Below are positions 35,495-45,215 of a DNA stretch of 64,000 bases, piece by piece. The stretch comes from Actinomycetota bacterium (GTDB lineage Bacteria > Actinomycetota > UBA4738 > HRBIN12), in the NCBI GenBank assembly GCA_036555645.1, contig DATBLA010000040.1, positions 3,839 to 67,838 on the forward strand. The letters run 5' to 3'. The notes under the pieces are model-generated. The model worked only from the letters and a program-made list of their open reading frames with translations, had not been told where the DNA came from and did not search any database. Made by a program: the position numbers and the translations under genes. The number at the start of each line of letters is the position of its first letter. Position 1 is the first letter of the stretch.

Positions 35495-35923
35495 TCACGC
35501 GCGCGGGGAGGGCTCGGCGCCTGCCCAGCCGCCTGGCACCCACCGGTCGCGGCCCGTCACCAGGTTCTCCCACGATCCGGTGCCCTGGAGCCGCCAGTCC
35601 GTCGGGGGCTCGACGTGCTCCATGTGATCGCGCCACAGCGGGAGCCGGCGCGATCCCTCCCACGCCTGCACCCAGACGCAGCGCATCTCCGGCACCACCT
35701 CGCAGCTCCCGTCCTGGAGCGTGCCACCGCACGGACCGTTGCGGAGGTTCTTCGGGCAGCGCATCGGGCAGGTCAGCCCCGTCGAGTGCAGGATGCACTG
35801 GCCGCACATCCGGCAGTCCCAGATCGCCTCCTTCGTCCGGCGCTCGAGGACGACGAGCGCCTTGCGCACACCCCTCGGCGCCGGCGCCGTCGTCGGCGGT
35901 CTCCGGTCGAGCGTGCGAGCCAT
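35495..35923 (-). CDS. MetV-like Cys-rich protein (MTHFR C-terminal-domain family)
   Basis: CRMCGQCILHSTGLTCPMRCPKNLRNGPCGG...C matches the zinc-ribbon-like MTHFR_C/MetV pattern. Immediately upstream of metF, as in the acetogen metV-metF arrangement. Confidence 0.6.
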   Translation of the reverse strand: MARTLDRRPPTTAPAPRGVRKALVVLERRTKEAIWDCRMCGQCILHSTGLTCPMRCPKNLRNGPCGGTLQDGSCEVVPEMRCVWVQAWEGSRRLPLWRDHMEHVEPPTDWRLQGTGSWENLVTGRDRWVPGGWAGAEPSPRA

Positions 35924-35947
35924 GGCTCCGGCGGCCGTGCGGCGGCC

Positions 35948-37129
35948 TCAGCCCTGCCGCAGGTCCTGCGCCGGAACCTCCTTCCGGGGATCGAGGAACG
36001 GGATCGTCGCCGTCGTGACCGACAACGGGCCGTTCTCCGACTCCACGTCCAGCGGCGTGCCGGGGGCGGCGAGCTCGATCGGGACCCACGCGTACCCGAT
36101 GTTCCGCTCGAGACGGGGCGACCAGACGGCGTCGGTCACCTTGCCGATCTGCCGGCCACCCTGCACCACGGGCCAGAACCACGTGAGCTCGGCCCTGAGC
36201 TCGTCTCCCGGCCACTCGATGCCGACGAGCTTGCGGTCGACGCCGCGAGCCCGCAGCGCCTCGAGCGCCGCCTTGCCGATGTAGTCCTGCGGCTGGTCCT
36301 CGACGAGGTGCTCGAGGCCGGTGATGTGCAATGCCGTGTCCTCGTGGGTCATGTCGGAGTTGTAGTTCATGATCCCGGCCTCGATGCGGCGCGCCTCGAT
36401 CGGCGCGACCGGCCGGATCGCGTGCTCCTCGCCGGCCTCGAAGATCGCGTTCCACAGATCGTCGCCACGGGTGGGGTCGAGGAGGTTCACCTCGAACCCC
36501 TGGACGGCGGTCCATCCGGTCCGGCTGATGAGGACCGGGATGTCCTTGATGTCGAACCAGTCGCACCAGTAGTACTTCAGGTCGTAGATCGCCGCGCCGA
36601 CGAGCTTCTCGAGCGTTGCGGCCGCCTTCGCGCCCTGCACCTGCATCGGGTACGCGTCCGGGTAGGAGACCTCGACGTCCATCCCCGCCTGCGTGGCGAC
36701 GCCGAGCGCGTACAGGCCGGCGTCCGAGTCCGCCAGCTGCATCCACCAGCGGTTCTCGTCGACGTGGAGCAGGACCGGGTCGTTGAGGATCCCACCGTCG
36801 GGCGCCGTCACGATCATGTACTTGCCCTGCTTGACCTGGCACGTCGTCAGGTCACGACACGTGATCATGTCGACGAGCCGGTCGGCGTCGGCCCCGGAGA
36901 TCTCCACCGTGCGCTCGACCGCCACGTCCCACACCGTGACGTCGTTCAGCAGGGCCCAGTACTCCGTGATCGGGTCGTCGTAATAGGCAGGCAGGAACAT
37001 GTGGTTGTAGACGTCGTACGCCGTGCAGCCCGAGCGGCGCGTCGCGTCGAAGAACGGCGACCGCCGGTACCAGGGACCGAAATAGATCGTCGCGCTCTGC
37101 TCGAGCATCTCCTGTCGCTCGTTCACCAT
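35948..37129 (-). CDS. GcvT-family aminomethyltransferase paralog 1 (THF-dependent demethylase-like)
   Basis: GcvT fold blocks: VWDVAVERTVEISGADADRLVDMITCRDL, GKYMIVTAPDGGILNDPVLL, ISRTGWTAVQGFEV, C-terminal barrel. 393 aa. Confidence 0.75.
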   Translation of the reverse strand: MVNERQEMLEQSATIYFGPWYRRSPFFDATRRSGCTAYDVYNHMFLPAYYDDPITEYWALLNDVTVWDVAVERTVEISGADADRLVDMITCRDLTTCQVKQGKYMIVTAPDGGILNDPVLLHVDENRWWMQLADSDAGLYALGVATQAGMDVEVSYPDAYPMQVQGAKAAATLEKLVGAAIYDLKYYWCDWFDIKDIPVLISRTGWTAVQGFEVNLLDPTRGDDLWNAIFEAGEEHAIRPVAPIEARRIEAGIMNYNSDMTHEDTALHITGLEHLVEDQPQDYIGKAALEALRARGVDRKLVGIEWPGDELRAELTWFWPVVQGGRQIGKVTDAVWSPRLERNIGYAWVPIELAAPGTPLDVESENGPLSVTTATIPFLDPRKEVPAQDLRQG

Positions 37130-37216
37130 GTCGTGACGACACCCCCCCGGGCCGGCGGTCCGGCCCGCAGGATTGAATCATCGTTCAACGTCGGGAGCGG
37201 CGACAACTCGCGACGC

Positions 37217-38368
37217 TCAGGCGACCGGGATCTCCTTGTTGGGATCGACGAAGGGCATCTCGACCACGGTGGCGGTTCGGGATCCCCACTCCGTCTCGAC
37301 GTCCACGGTCTGGCCCGGCTCGGAGCGATCGCTCGGCAGCCACGCGAACCCGATGTTGCGCGCCAGGCGCGGCGAGTAGATCGCCGACGTCACCGACCCG
37401 ATCCGCGAGCCGTCCTGGACGACCGGCCACTTCGTCGCGTTCAGCTCCGGGAACGGGTCGCCGTCGAGCTCGACCCCGTTGATCCTGCGGGAGACGCCCC
37501 GGCCCCGGATCTCGCGCAGCGCCCCGAGCGAGATGCTCGCCTCGTCCGGCAGCGACCAGTCGATGAGACGCTCGAGACCCATCTCGAGCGGGTTGTTCTC
37601 ATAGGTCATGTCGGCGCCCCAGTTGAAGATCGCGCCCTCGATCCGGCGGATGTCGCTCGGCCCCGTCGGCTTGATGTCGAACTCGCGGCCGGCCTCCATG
37701 ATGGCCTCGTAGACCTCGGTGCCCTTCGTCGTGTCGGTGAGGTAGACCTCGTACCCGATCTCCGACGTCCATCCGGTGCGCGTGACCACGACGGGCGCTC
37801 CGGCGATCGTCGTCTCGGTCCAGTGGTAGTAGCGCAGGTCCAGGATCGAATCGCCGAGCAGCTTGACCATGAGCGGCTTCGACTTCGGGCCCTGCACCTG
37901 GAGCGGCGCGACGTCGGCCTCCCGGATCGTCACGTCGAGGTCGGGGTAGGCGTTGCGGAGGCCCCGGGCGAACAGGAGCGCGTCCGAGGAGGCGAGCGCG
38001 AACCAGAACGTGTTCTCGTCCATCCGCGTGAGGACCGGGTCGTTGAGGATCCCACCGTCGCGGTCGCAGATGAGGACGTACTTCGCCTGCCCGACCGCGC
38101 AGGCCGAGAGATCGCGCGGGGTCATGAGCTGCGCGAATCGCAGGCCGTCCGGACCGCCGATCTCCAGGCACCGCTCGACCGAGACGTCCCACAGGGTGAC
38201 GCCGTTCAGGAGCGCGTCGAACTCGGCCTCGAACGTGTCGAACCGGATCGGGAAGTACATGTGGTTGTAGACGGTGAAGCCCTTCGGCCCATACTTCTGT
38301 GTGGCCTCGAAGTACGGCGTGCGGCGATTGCGCGCGCCGCGCTGCACCAGGCTCATGTCGAACGACAT
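37217..38368 (-). CDS. GcvT-family aminomethyltransferase paralog 2. Start taken at MSFDMSLVQ; the ORF-track start is 38440
   Basis: LWDVSVERCLEIGGPDGLRFAQLMTPRDL, AKYVLICDRDGGILNDPVL, VTRTGWTSEIGYEVYL. Clearly paralogous to 35948..37129. Confidence 0.75.
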   Translation of the reverse strand: MSFDMSLVQRGARNRRTPYFEATQKYGPKGFTVYNHMYFPIRFDTFEAEFDALLNGVTLWDVSVERCLEIGGPDGLRFAQLMTPRDLSACAVGQAKYVLICDRDGGILNDPVLTRMDENTFWFALASSDALLFARGLRNAYPDLDVTIREADVAPLQVQGPKSKPLMVKLLGDSILDLRYYHWTETTIAGAPVVVTRTGWTSEIGYEVYLTDTTKGTEVYEAIMEAGREFDIKPTGPSDIRRIEGAIFNWGADMTYENNPLEMGLERLIDWSLPDEASISLGALREIRGRGVSRRINGVELDGDPFPELNATKWPVVQDGSRIGSVTSAIYSPRLARNIGFAWLPSDRSEPGQTVDVETEWGSRTATVVEMPFVDPNKEIPVA

Positions 38369-38482
38369 CGGAGGTCCTCCTCGCCGGTCCAGGGATTCGG
38401 CATCGATCCGGACGGATCGCCGTATGGTGTCGCCGGCCACGACGCCGAGACAAGGAGCCCTCCTGACCGATGGTCAGGAGCG

Positions 38483-40147
38483 CTACCCGAACACCCGCTC
38501 GCCCTCGACGTACGTCTGGTCGACGCGCGCGCGATGGATCTCCTCGGCCGGATGGGCGAACAGGTTCCGGTCGATGACCGCGAGATCGGCCATCTTGCCG
38601 GGCTCGATCGTCCCGGTCATGTCGTCGAGATGGTTCACGAAGGCGGCGTTGATCGTGAACGCCGCCAGGGCCGTGGCGAGGTCGACGCGTTCGGCCGGCA
38701 GGAACGGCTCGTTGGTCCCGCCCCCGTAGAGATACGAGTCGGGTGCCATCCGGTTCACGGCGACGTGCATCTCCTGGATCGGATCGGGACTCGAGACCGA
38801 CCAGTCGCTGCCGAACGCCAGCACGGCCCCGGCCCGCACGAGGCTGCCGAACGGGTACTGCCACTCCGTCCGCTCGGGACCGAGGAACGGGATCGTGAGG
38901 TGCTGCATCTGCCCCTCGTTCACGGCCCACAGGGGCTGTCCGTTGGCGACGACGCCGAGCGCACGAAAGCGCGGGACGTCGTCGGGGTGCACGACCTGGA
39001 TGTGCGCGATGTGGTGGCGCAGGTCGTTCATCCCGTTCGCCCTGCGCGCCGCCTCGAACGCGTCGAGGGCCTCGCGGATGCCCCGATCCCCGATCGCGTG
39101 GACGTGCACCTGAAAGCCCTCGGCGTCCAGGCGTGTGACGTACGCCTTCAGGCGCTCGGGATCGACGAACGACGTCCCGCGGTTGTCGGTGGCCTCACCG
39201 CTCGCGTCGAGATAGGGCTCGAGCATGGCGGCGGTGAAGTTCTCCACGACGCCGTCCTGCATGATCTTCACGCTCGGGGCGGCGAATCGCCCGACCCTCC
39301 CTCGCTCGCGCAGCCGCAGAAGCTGATCGATCTGCTCGTCGCCGCGACCCCGGTCCCACCACAGCGCGGCCACGACGCGCGCGGTGAGCGCTCCGCTGCC
39401 GGCGAACCGGACGTAGGCCTCGAACGTCGGGTCCCCAGCGTCCTCCCCCACATTCGCGTCCTGCCATGCGGTGATGCCGAACCCGTGCAGATGCTCCTGC
39501 GCGACTCGCAATCCCTCGATGAAGTCCTCGGTCGAGTCGCCGGGCATGTGGCGCTCGACGAGGTCAGCCGCCCCCTCGTGGAGCGTCCCCGCCGGCTCGC
39601 CGTCGGACGTGCGGACGATCCACCCGTCGTCCGGATCGGGCGTCGAGGTGCTCACCCCCGCGAGCTCGAGCGCCCTCGTGTTCACCCAGACGCTGTGCCC
39701 GTCCCGGCTCTCCAGGTAGACCGGCCGGTCGGGCACGAGGTCGTCGAGGATCTCCTTCGGCGGGTTGCCTCCCGGGAAGACGTCCATCGACCAGCCCCCG
39801 CCGGCGATCCACGTGGCATCGGGATGATCGGCGGCGTACGCGGCGACGATCCTCCGGTAGTCGTCGACCGAATATGCCTCGGACAGACTGCAGCGCAACA
39901 TCTCCAGGCCGCTCGAGGGAGGATGCGCGTGGGCGTCCTGGAACCCGGGCACGAGCATGCGACCGGCGAGGTCGACCACGTCGGACGAGGGCCCGACCAG
40001 CGAGCGCACCTCCTCGTCGGTCCCCACCTGCACGATCCGGCCGTCCCGAACGGCGACGGCCTCTGCCCAGGGCATCTCCGTCCGTACCGTGTACACGGCG
40101 CCGTTCACGAAGGCGAGGTCGGCGGTCTCGGTCATGGCGCTCGTCAT
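38483..40147 (-). CDS. Metal-dependent amidohydrolase, Amidohydro_3/YtcJ-like (paralog of 2481..3998)
   Basis: VPGFQDAHAHP, HVHAIGDRGI, AFGSDWSV, EPGKMADLAVIDRNLF. ~554 aa from MTSAMTETADLAFVNGAVY. The ORF-track start 40492 is an extension. Confidence 0.8.
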   Translation of the reverse strand: MTSAMTETADLAFVNGAVYTVRTEMPWAEAVAVRDGRIVQVGTDEEVRSLVGPSSDVVDLAGRMLVPGFQDAHAHPPSSGLEMLRCSLSEAYSVDDYRRIVAAYAADHPDATWIAGGGWSMDVFPGGNPPKEILDDLVPDRPVYLESRDGHSVWVNTRALELAGVSTSTPDPDDGWIVRTSDGEPAGTLHEGAADLVERHMPGDSTEDFIEGLRVAQEHLHGFGITAWQDANVGEDAGDPTFEAYVRFAGSGALTARVVAALWWDRGRGDEQIDQLLRLRERGRVGRFAAPSVKIMQDGVVENFTAAMLEPYLDASGEATDNRGTSFVDPERLKAYVTRLDAEGFQVHVHAIGDRGIREALDAFEAARRANGMNDLRHHIAHIQVVHPDDVPRFRALGVVANGQPLWAVNEGQMQHLTIPFLGPERTEWQYPFGSLVRAGAVLAFGSDWSVSSPDPIQEMHVAVNRMAPDSYLYGGGTNEPFLPAERVDLATALAAFTINAAFVNHLDDMTGTIEPGKMADLAVIDRNLFAHPAEEIHRARVDQTYVEGERVFG

Positions 40148-40157
40148 CGGCTCCCGG

Positions 40158-41702
40158 GTGGAGCGCCGAGCATATCGAGGCCCCACCCGACTATGCTCCC
40201 CCGACCACCCTCGATCGGAGGACCTCGTCCGGCGCATCATCGCTCTCTTCGGCATCACGGTCGCGGCCGCGACGCTGGCCACGCCCGTCGAGCGAGCGAC
40301 GGCGGGTGCTGGGCCCGTCCAGCTCACGGTGATGACGTTCAACATCTGGTACGGCGCGTCGCAGACCCACGGGCTGGACGAGGTCGTCGAGGCGATCGAG
40401 CGGGCGGGCGCCGACGTCGTCGGGATGCAGGAGCCGTACACGCGGCTGCGGCGGATCGCGAACGCGCTCGGGTTCCACGCCTCGCCGCGCATGCACGTGA
40501 TCTCGCGATTCCCGATCCTCGAGCCGTCCGGGTCCGATGGGGACTGGGCGCTCCTGCTGCTCGCTCCCGGTCAGGTGGCGGCGATCATGAACACGCATCT
40601 GTCGGCCACCCCGTACACGCCGTACCGCATCGTGAACCGGGGGTTCGACCGGCCGACGATCCTCGAGCAGGAACGTCGGGCCCGGATGCGCCGCATCACG
40701 AAGGAGCTCGAGCGCCTGCGGCCGATCCTCGACGCGGGCATCCCGACGTTCTTCACCGGCGACTTCAACTCGCCCTCGTACCGTGACTGGACGCGACCGG
40801 CCGTGCAGGCCCGAGGGCTCCCCTACCCGGTTCGCTGGCCGGCGTCGCTCGCGATGGAGGAGGCCGGCTTCGTTGACTCCTACCGAGCCGCGCATCCGGA
40901 CCCCGTGGCCGATCCCGGCTTCACGTGGTCTCCCGGCTACCCGGCGCCGTTCGTGTACCCGTGGGACGTCTTCGACCGGATCGACTTCGTGTGGGCGGCC
41001 GGTCCCGTCGAGGTGATCTCGAGCTCGGTCGTCGGTGAGTCGCGCGCGAACGCCGACATCGTCGTCCGCCCCTACCCGACCGATCACCGGGGCGTGGCCT
41101 CGACGTTCGAACTGACGCCCGCGCCGGCCCCCGTGTTCGCCGTCGCCGAGGACGAGCGCGCGCGGCTGGGGAACCCCCTCAACGTGCGGTTCCACGCGCC
41201 CGGAGGTGCGGGCGAGCGCGTCTCGCTCCTCGACGACGCGGGCGCCCTCGTCTCCGACCGGCCGACCGGCGCCCAGGACGGGACGGTCACGTTCGACACC
41301 GCGGGTCTGGAGCAGGGTGACTACGAGGTCGTGCTCGAGGACGGGACGGGCGCGGACCTCGCCCGCGACGGCGTCGTCCTCGTCGACGGGGATCAGCCCC
41401 CGACCCTCACGCTCGGTGATCGCACGCTCCGCGACGATCAGCCGCTCGAGGTGACCTGGTCCTACGGGCCGGGGAACCGGTACGACTGGCTCGCGATCTT
41501 CCGGGCGGGCGAGCCCACCAGGGGCGGGACGATCCTGCACTGGCGGTACGTCGACGGTGCCGTCTCCGGCGTCTCCAGGTTCGGAGGGACCACGCGCGGC
41601 GAAGGCGACTGGCCGCTCGAGCCGGGACGCTACGAGCTCAGGCTGTGCCTGGACGACAGCTACCGCTGTCGGGTGGAACAGGCCTTCCGGGTGGTCGCCT
41701 AG
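40158..41702 (+). CDS. Secreted endonuclease/exonuclease/phosphatase (EEP) family protein with Tat-like signal and C-terminal beta-rich domain
   Basis: GTG start gives MERRAYRGPTRLCSPDHPRSEDLVRRIIALFGITVAAATLATPVERATA (RR plus hydrophobic h-region). EEP motifs LTVMTFNIWYG, VVGMQE, FFTGDFNS, DRIDFVW. Confidence 0.7.
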   Translation: MERRAYRGPTRLCSPDHPRSEDLVRRIIALFGITVAAATLATPVERATAGAGPVQLTVMTFNIWYGASQTHGLDEVVEAIERAGADVVGMQEPYTRLRRIANALGFHASPRMHVISRFPILEPSGSDGDWALLLLAPGQVAAIMNTHLSATPYTPYRIVNRGFDRPTILEQERRARMRRITKELERLRPILDAGIPTFFTGDFNSPSYRDWTRPAVQARGLPYPVRWPASLAMEEAGFVDSYRAAHPDPVADPGFTWSPGYPAPFVYPWDVFDRIDFVWAAGPVEVISSSVVGESRANADIVVRPYPTDHRGVASTFELTPAPAPVFAVAEDERARLGNPLNVRFHAPGGAGERVSLLDDAGALVSDRPTGAQDGTVTFDTAGLEQGDYEVVLEDGTGADLARDGVVLVDGDQPPTLTLGDRTLRDDQPLEVTWSYGPGNRYDWLAIFRAGEPTRGGTILHWRYVDGAVSGVSRFGGTTRGEGDWPLEPGRYELRLCLDDSYRCRVEQAFRVVA

Positions 41703-41719
41703 GTCGCGTCCGCGTCGGC

Positions 41720-42499
41720 TCAGGCCCCGGTCGGGGGCTTGCGCGCGACGAGGATCATGCTGTTCGAGTCGTTGTCCGTGGTCAGCGGAGCGCCGTCGAA
41801 CCCGCCGTAGGCCGCCACCTCGTCGAATCCTGCGCGCTCCAGGAGCTCGACCATGTCGGTGAGCGAGTACACGCGGTAGGACAGATCCGCCGTCTCGCTC
41901 CCATCCGGGGACACGATCGTCAGGTGAGTCTTGATGCGACCCCGGAGGAGATCGAACTCCTTCTCGTTGGCGACGACCGTTCCGTCGTCGTGGCGATTGA
42001 CGAACGTGGACTTCCAGTGCCGCATGGCGAGATCGCGATTGATGAGATGCATGAACACGACGCCTCCCGGCCGCACGCACCCCCACATCCCCCTCAGCAC
42101 GAGCGCGTCCTCCTCCTTCGTGTCGAGGAACCCGAAGGACGTCGTCATGCTGATGACCAGGTCGAACTCGTCACCGAACGGGATCTCGCGGACGTCCGCC
42201 CGGGTGAACGTCACGCTCACCCCCTGCCTTCGGGCGTTCTCGTCCGCGATCCGGAGCAGCGGCTCGCTGAGATCGAGCCCGGCGACGTGGTGACCCCGCG
42301 ACGCCAGGAGGATCGCGTGGCGTCCCTGCCCGCAGCACAGATCGAGGATCCGGCTTCGGGCCCCGATCGCCGTCAGGCGCTCGATCCCGTCGACCTCGAT
42401 GCGGTCGTGCTCGGGCGTGAAGTACATCCCGTAGGCCCGGAGGTAGCGTTCGTCGAACGCATCCACGAACCACGGTCCCTGCGCCTCGTGCTGGGTCAC
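41720..42499 (-). CDS. Class I SAM-dependent methyltransferase
   Basis: Motif I ILDLCCGQGRHAILLASRGHHVAGLDLS, motif II DEFDLVIS, motif III PGGVVFM. GTG start preceded by GGAAGAGGA. 259 aa. Confidence 0.75.
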   Translation of the reverse strand: MTQHEAQGPWFVDAFDERYLRAYGMYFTPEHDRIEVDGIERLTAIGARSRILDLCCGQGRHAILLASRGHHVAGLDLSEPLLRIADENARRQGVSVTFTRADVREIPFGDEFDLVISMTTSFGFLDTKEEDALVLRGMWGCVRPGGVVFMHLINRDLAMRHWKSTFVNRHDDGTVVANEKEFDLLRGRIKTHLTIVSPDGSETADLSYRVYSLTDMVELLERAGFDEVAAYGGFDGAPLTTDNDSNSMILVARKPPTGA

Positions 42500-42572
42500 G
42501 CTCGTCCTCTTCCCGCTCGGGCGTGCGTCCCCGGAACGGCTCAGCCGGTCCCCCGACACGCGCCGGAACCGC

Positions 42573-43349
42573 TCACCACACGACCCACGGAGGCTTGCCG
42601 CTCGCCCACATGTCCTCGAGCTGCTCCTTCTCCTTGAAGGTGTCCATCCCCATCCAGAACCCGTCGTACTTGTGGGCGAACAGCTCCTTGCGCGCGATGA
42701 GCCGATCGAAGGGAGGTCCCACGAGGTCCTCTCCCTCGCGCAGGAACTCGAAGATCTCCTGTCGGAAGACGTACCACCCCGCGTTGATCCGCACGTCCGC
42801 CTCGCTGACCGGATCGATCCGGGACACGATGCCTTCCTCGCCGGCATCGACGACGTGGAACGTGAGCGACGGCCGAACGGAGACGAAGTTGGCGATCGTG
42901 CCCCTGTCGACGACCTCGGCGATGTACCGGCTGAGATCGAGGTCGGTCAGGCCGTCGGTGTAGTTCGCGAGGAACACCTCGTCGTCGGCGACGTACGGCT
43001 GCACGGCCCGGAGCCGCTCGCCGACGCTCGAGGTCACCCCCGAGTCGACGAAGCTGATCCTCCAGTCGTGGATGTCGCTGCCGAGGAGCTCCACCTGGCC
43101 CTCGCCGCTCAACACGAAGTCGTTGGACACGGCCTCGTTGTACCGAAGGAAGTACTCCTTGATGACGTCGGCCCGGTAGCCGAGGCACAGGATGAAGTCC
43201 TTGTGCCCGAAGGAGGCGTAGTACTTCATCACGTGCCACAGGATCGGCCGGTAGCCGATGTGGACCATCGGCTTGGGGACGTTCTCCGAGAAGTCGCGGA
43301 GCCTGGCCCCCGTGCCACCGCAGAACAGAACGACCTTGATCGCAGCCAC
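42573..43349 (-). CDS. rfbF: Glucose-1-phosphate cytidylyltransferase (CDP-glucose pyrophosphorylase)
   Basis: KVVLFCGGTGARLRDFSENVPKPMVHIGYRPILWHVMKYYASFGHKDFILCLGY; the RfbF/DdhA signature throughout. 258 aa. Confidence 0.85.
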   Translation of the reverse strand: MAAIKVVLFCGGTGARLRDFSENVPKPMVHIGYRPILWHVMKYYASFGHKDFILCLGYRADVIKEYFLRYNEAVSNDFVLSGEGQVELLGSDIHDWRISFVDSGVTSSVGERLRAVQPYVADDEVFLANYTDGLTDLDLSRYIAEVVDRGTIANFVSVRPSLTFHVVDAGEEGIVSRIDPVSEADVRINAGWYVFRQEIFEFLREGEDLVGPPFDRLIARKELFAHKYDGFWMGMDTFKEKEQLEDMWASGKPPWVVW

Positions 43350-43448
43350 CTCCGTGCGGGATCCCGGCGGGATCCGGGAACAGAGTCAGGCACACGCCGA
43401 GCGGCCGCGTCAAGCGGCACCCGGGCTCGAGCGCCGCCGTCGGCCGCG

Positions 43449-45047
43449 TCAGGCCAGGGCGACCAGGTCCAGCAGGTCGTCGTCCCAGTACGCCAGCTCG
43501 CCCTCGGGCATCATGAGGACCCGGTGGGGCGCGAGCGCCCGGACGAACCCGACGTCGTGGCTGACGAGGACCATCGACCCGGTCCAGCCCGACAGCGCCT
43601 GGGCGACCGCCGTGCGGGAGGGCGGGTCGAGGTTGTTCGTCGGCTCGTCGAGCAGGAGCAGGTTCCGCCTGCCCGCGACGAGCTGGGCGAGAGCGAGCTT
43701 GGTCTTCTCGCCTCCCGACAGCGTCCCCGCGTCCTGGAAGGCCACCGCCCCGATGAGACCGAACATGCCCAGGAGCGACCGGAGGTCCTGATCCGAGGCA
43801 TCCTCGGACTCGGCGCGGACGTGCGCGAGCACGGTCGTCCCCGTGCGGATGCCCTCGTGCTCCTGCGCGTAGTAGCCGACCGAGACCCCGTGGCCCGGCC
43901 GGACCTCACCCGCGTCGGCGTTCGCGACGCCAGCGATGATCCGGAGCAGGCTCGTCTTGCCGGCCCCGTTCAGACCCATGACGAGCAGGCGCTCCTGCCG
44001 TGCCACGTCGAACGCGAGGTCCTCGAACACCGGCGGTCCGCCGTATCCCTTCGCGAGGCCCTCGACCTCGAGCACGACCTTGCCGGCGCGCGGCGGATCC
44101 GGGAAGCGGTATCGGATCGACCGCTCGGCCGACGGCGCCCGCACGGCCGAGGCCTCGAGCCTGGCGACCCGCGTGTCGAGGGTCTTGGCCTTGCGGGCCC
44201 GCTTGGCCGTCTGGCCCCGCATCGAGTCCGCCAGCGTGGTCAGCCGCTTGATCTCGGCTCGCTGCCGGGACGCGAGGGCGGCGCGGCTCGCCTCGTCCTG
44301 CGTTCGGGCCCGGCGGTACTCGGAGTAGGTCCCCCGGTACTGCACGATCCCGTCGCGGTCCAGGTGCAGGATCCTCGTGATCGAGCCGTCGAGCAGACCG
44401 AGGTCGTGGCTGACGACGATCAGGGCGCCCTTCGTGCCGGCGAGGTAGCGCATGAGCCAGTGCTTCGCGTCCGAGTCGAGGTGGTTCGTCGGCTCGTCCA
44501 GCAGGACCACGTCTGAGCCCGCGAACAGGATCCTGGTCAGCTCGAGCCGGCGACGTTCTCCACCGGACAGCGCGGACACCGGCAGATCCATCCGGTCGGC
44601 GGCCAGCCCGAGACCGGCCGCGATCCGTCGGGCCTCCGCCTCCCCCGAGTACCCGCCGGCGGCGCGATACCGCTCCTCCAGGCGGGTGAACCGCCGGATG
44701 TTCGCCTCGTTCGGCCGTTCCTCCACGGACAGCCGCGCCTTCTCCATCCGCTCGGCCATCTCCTGGAGGCCACGCGCCTGCAGGACGTGCGCGAGGGCCC
44801 CGTGCTCATCGGCTCCGCGCTGCGTCCGGGGGTCCTGGCGGAGGTAGCCCAGCCGGCCTCGAACGACGACGCGACCGTCCAGCGCCGGCCGGTGGCCCGC
44901 GATGACCTCGAGCAGGCTCGTCTTCCCGGCGCCGTTGCGACCCACGACACCGACCTTGTCGCCCGGTCGCAGCGAGAGCGTGAGGCCGCTCAGGATCGGC
45001 ATCCCGGCGACCTCGACGGCGAGGTCCTTCAGCTCGAGCGTGCTCAT
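43449..45047 (-). CDS. ABC-F family ATPase (tandem ABC domains, no TMD)
   Basis: Two Walker A sites (GRNGAGKTSLL, GLNGAGKTSLL), two signature LSGGE motifs, an inter-domain linker and a charged arm. 532 aa. Confidence 0.85.
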   Translation of the reverse strand: MSTLELKDLAVEVAGMPILSGLTLSLRPGDKVGVVGRNGAGKTSLLEVIAGHRPALDGRVVVRGRLGYLRQDPRTQRGADEHGALAHVLQARGLQEMAERMEKARLSVEERPNEANIRRFTRLEERYRAAGGYSGEAEARRIAAGLGLAADRMDLPVSALSGGERRRLELTRILFAGSDVVLLDEPTNHLDSDAKHWLMRYLAGTKGALIVVSHDLGLLDGSITRILHLDRDGIVQYRGTYSEYRRARTQDEASRAALASRQRAEIKRLTTLADSMRGQTAKRARKAKTLDTRVARLEASAVRAPSAERSIRYRFPDPPRAGKVVLEVEGLAKGYGGPPVFEDLAFDVARQERLLVMGLNGAGKTSLLRIIAGVANADAGEVRPGHGVSVGYYAQEHEGIRTGTTVLAHVRAESEDASDQDLRSLLGMFGLIGAVAFQDAGTLSGGEKTKLALAQLVAGRRNLLLLDEPTNNLDPPSRTAVAQALSGWTGSMVLVSHDVGFVRALAPHRVLMMPEGELAYWDDDLLDLVALA

Positions 45048-45215
45048 GGATCTCCTCGGCGACGGGCGGTACAGGTGGAGATCGGAGGTGGATGGCGCGA
45101 CGTGCGTTCGGTTGGCTGCGAGCGGATCGCGCGCCCGACGAGCGCTCGAAGTGTAGCAACGGCTCCGGCCCGGATCGGTACCGGTGATGCGATGGGACGG
45201 GAGTCCGGACCGGAC

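Noticed and set aside
35309-40786. 1825-aa plus-strand ORF across the metF-GcvT-amidohydrolase cluster
   Set aside because: Antisense artefact. No domains.
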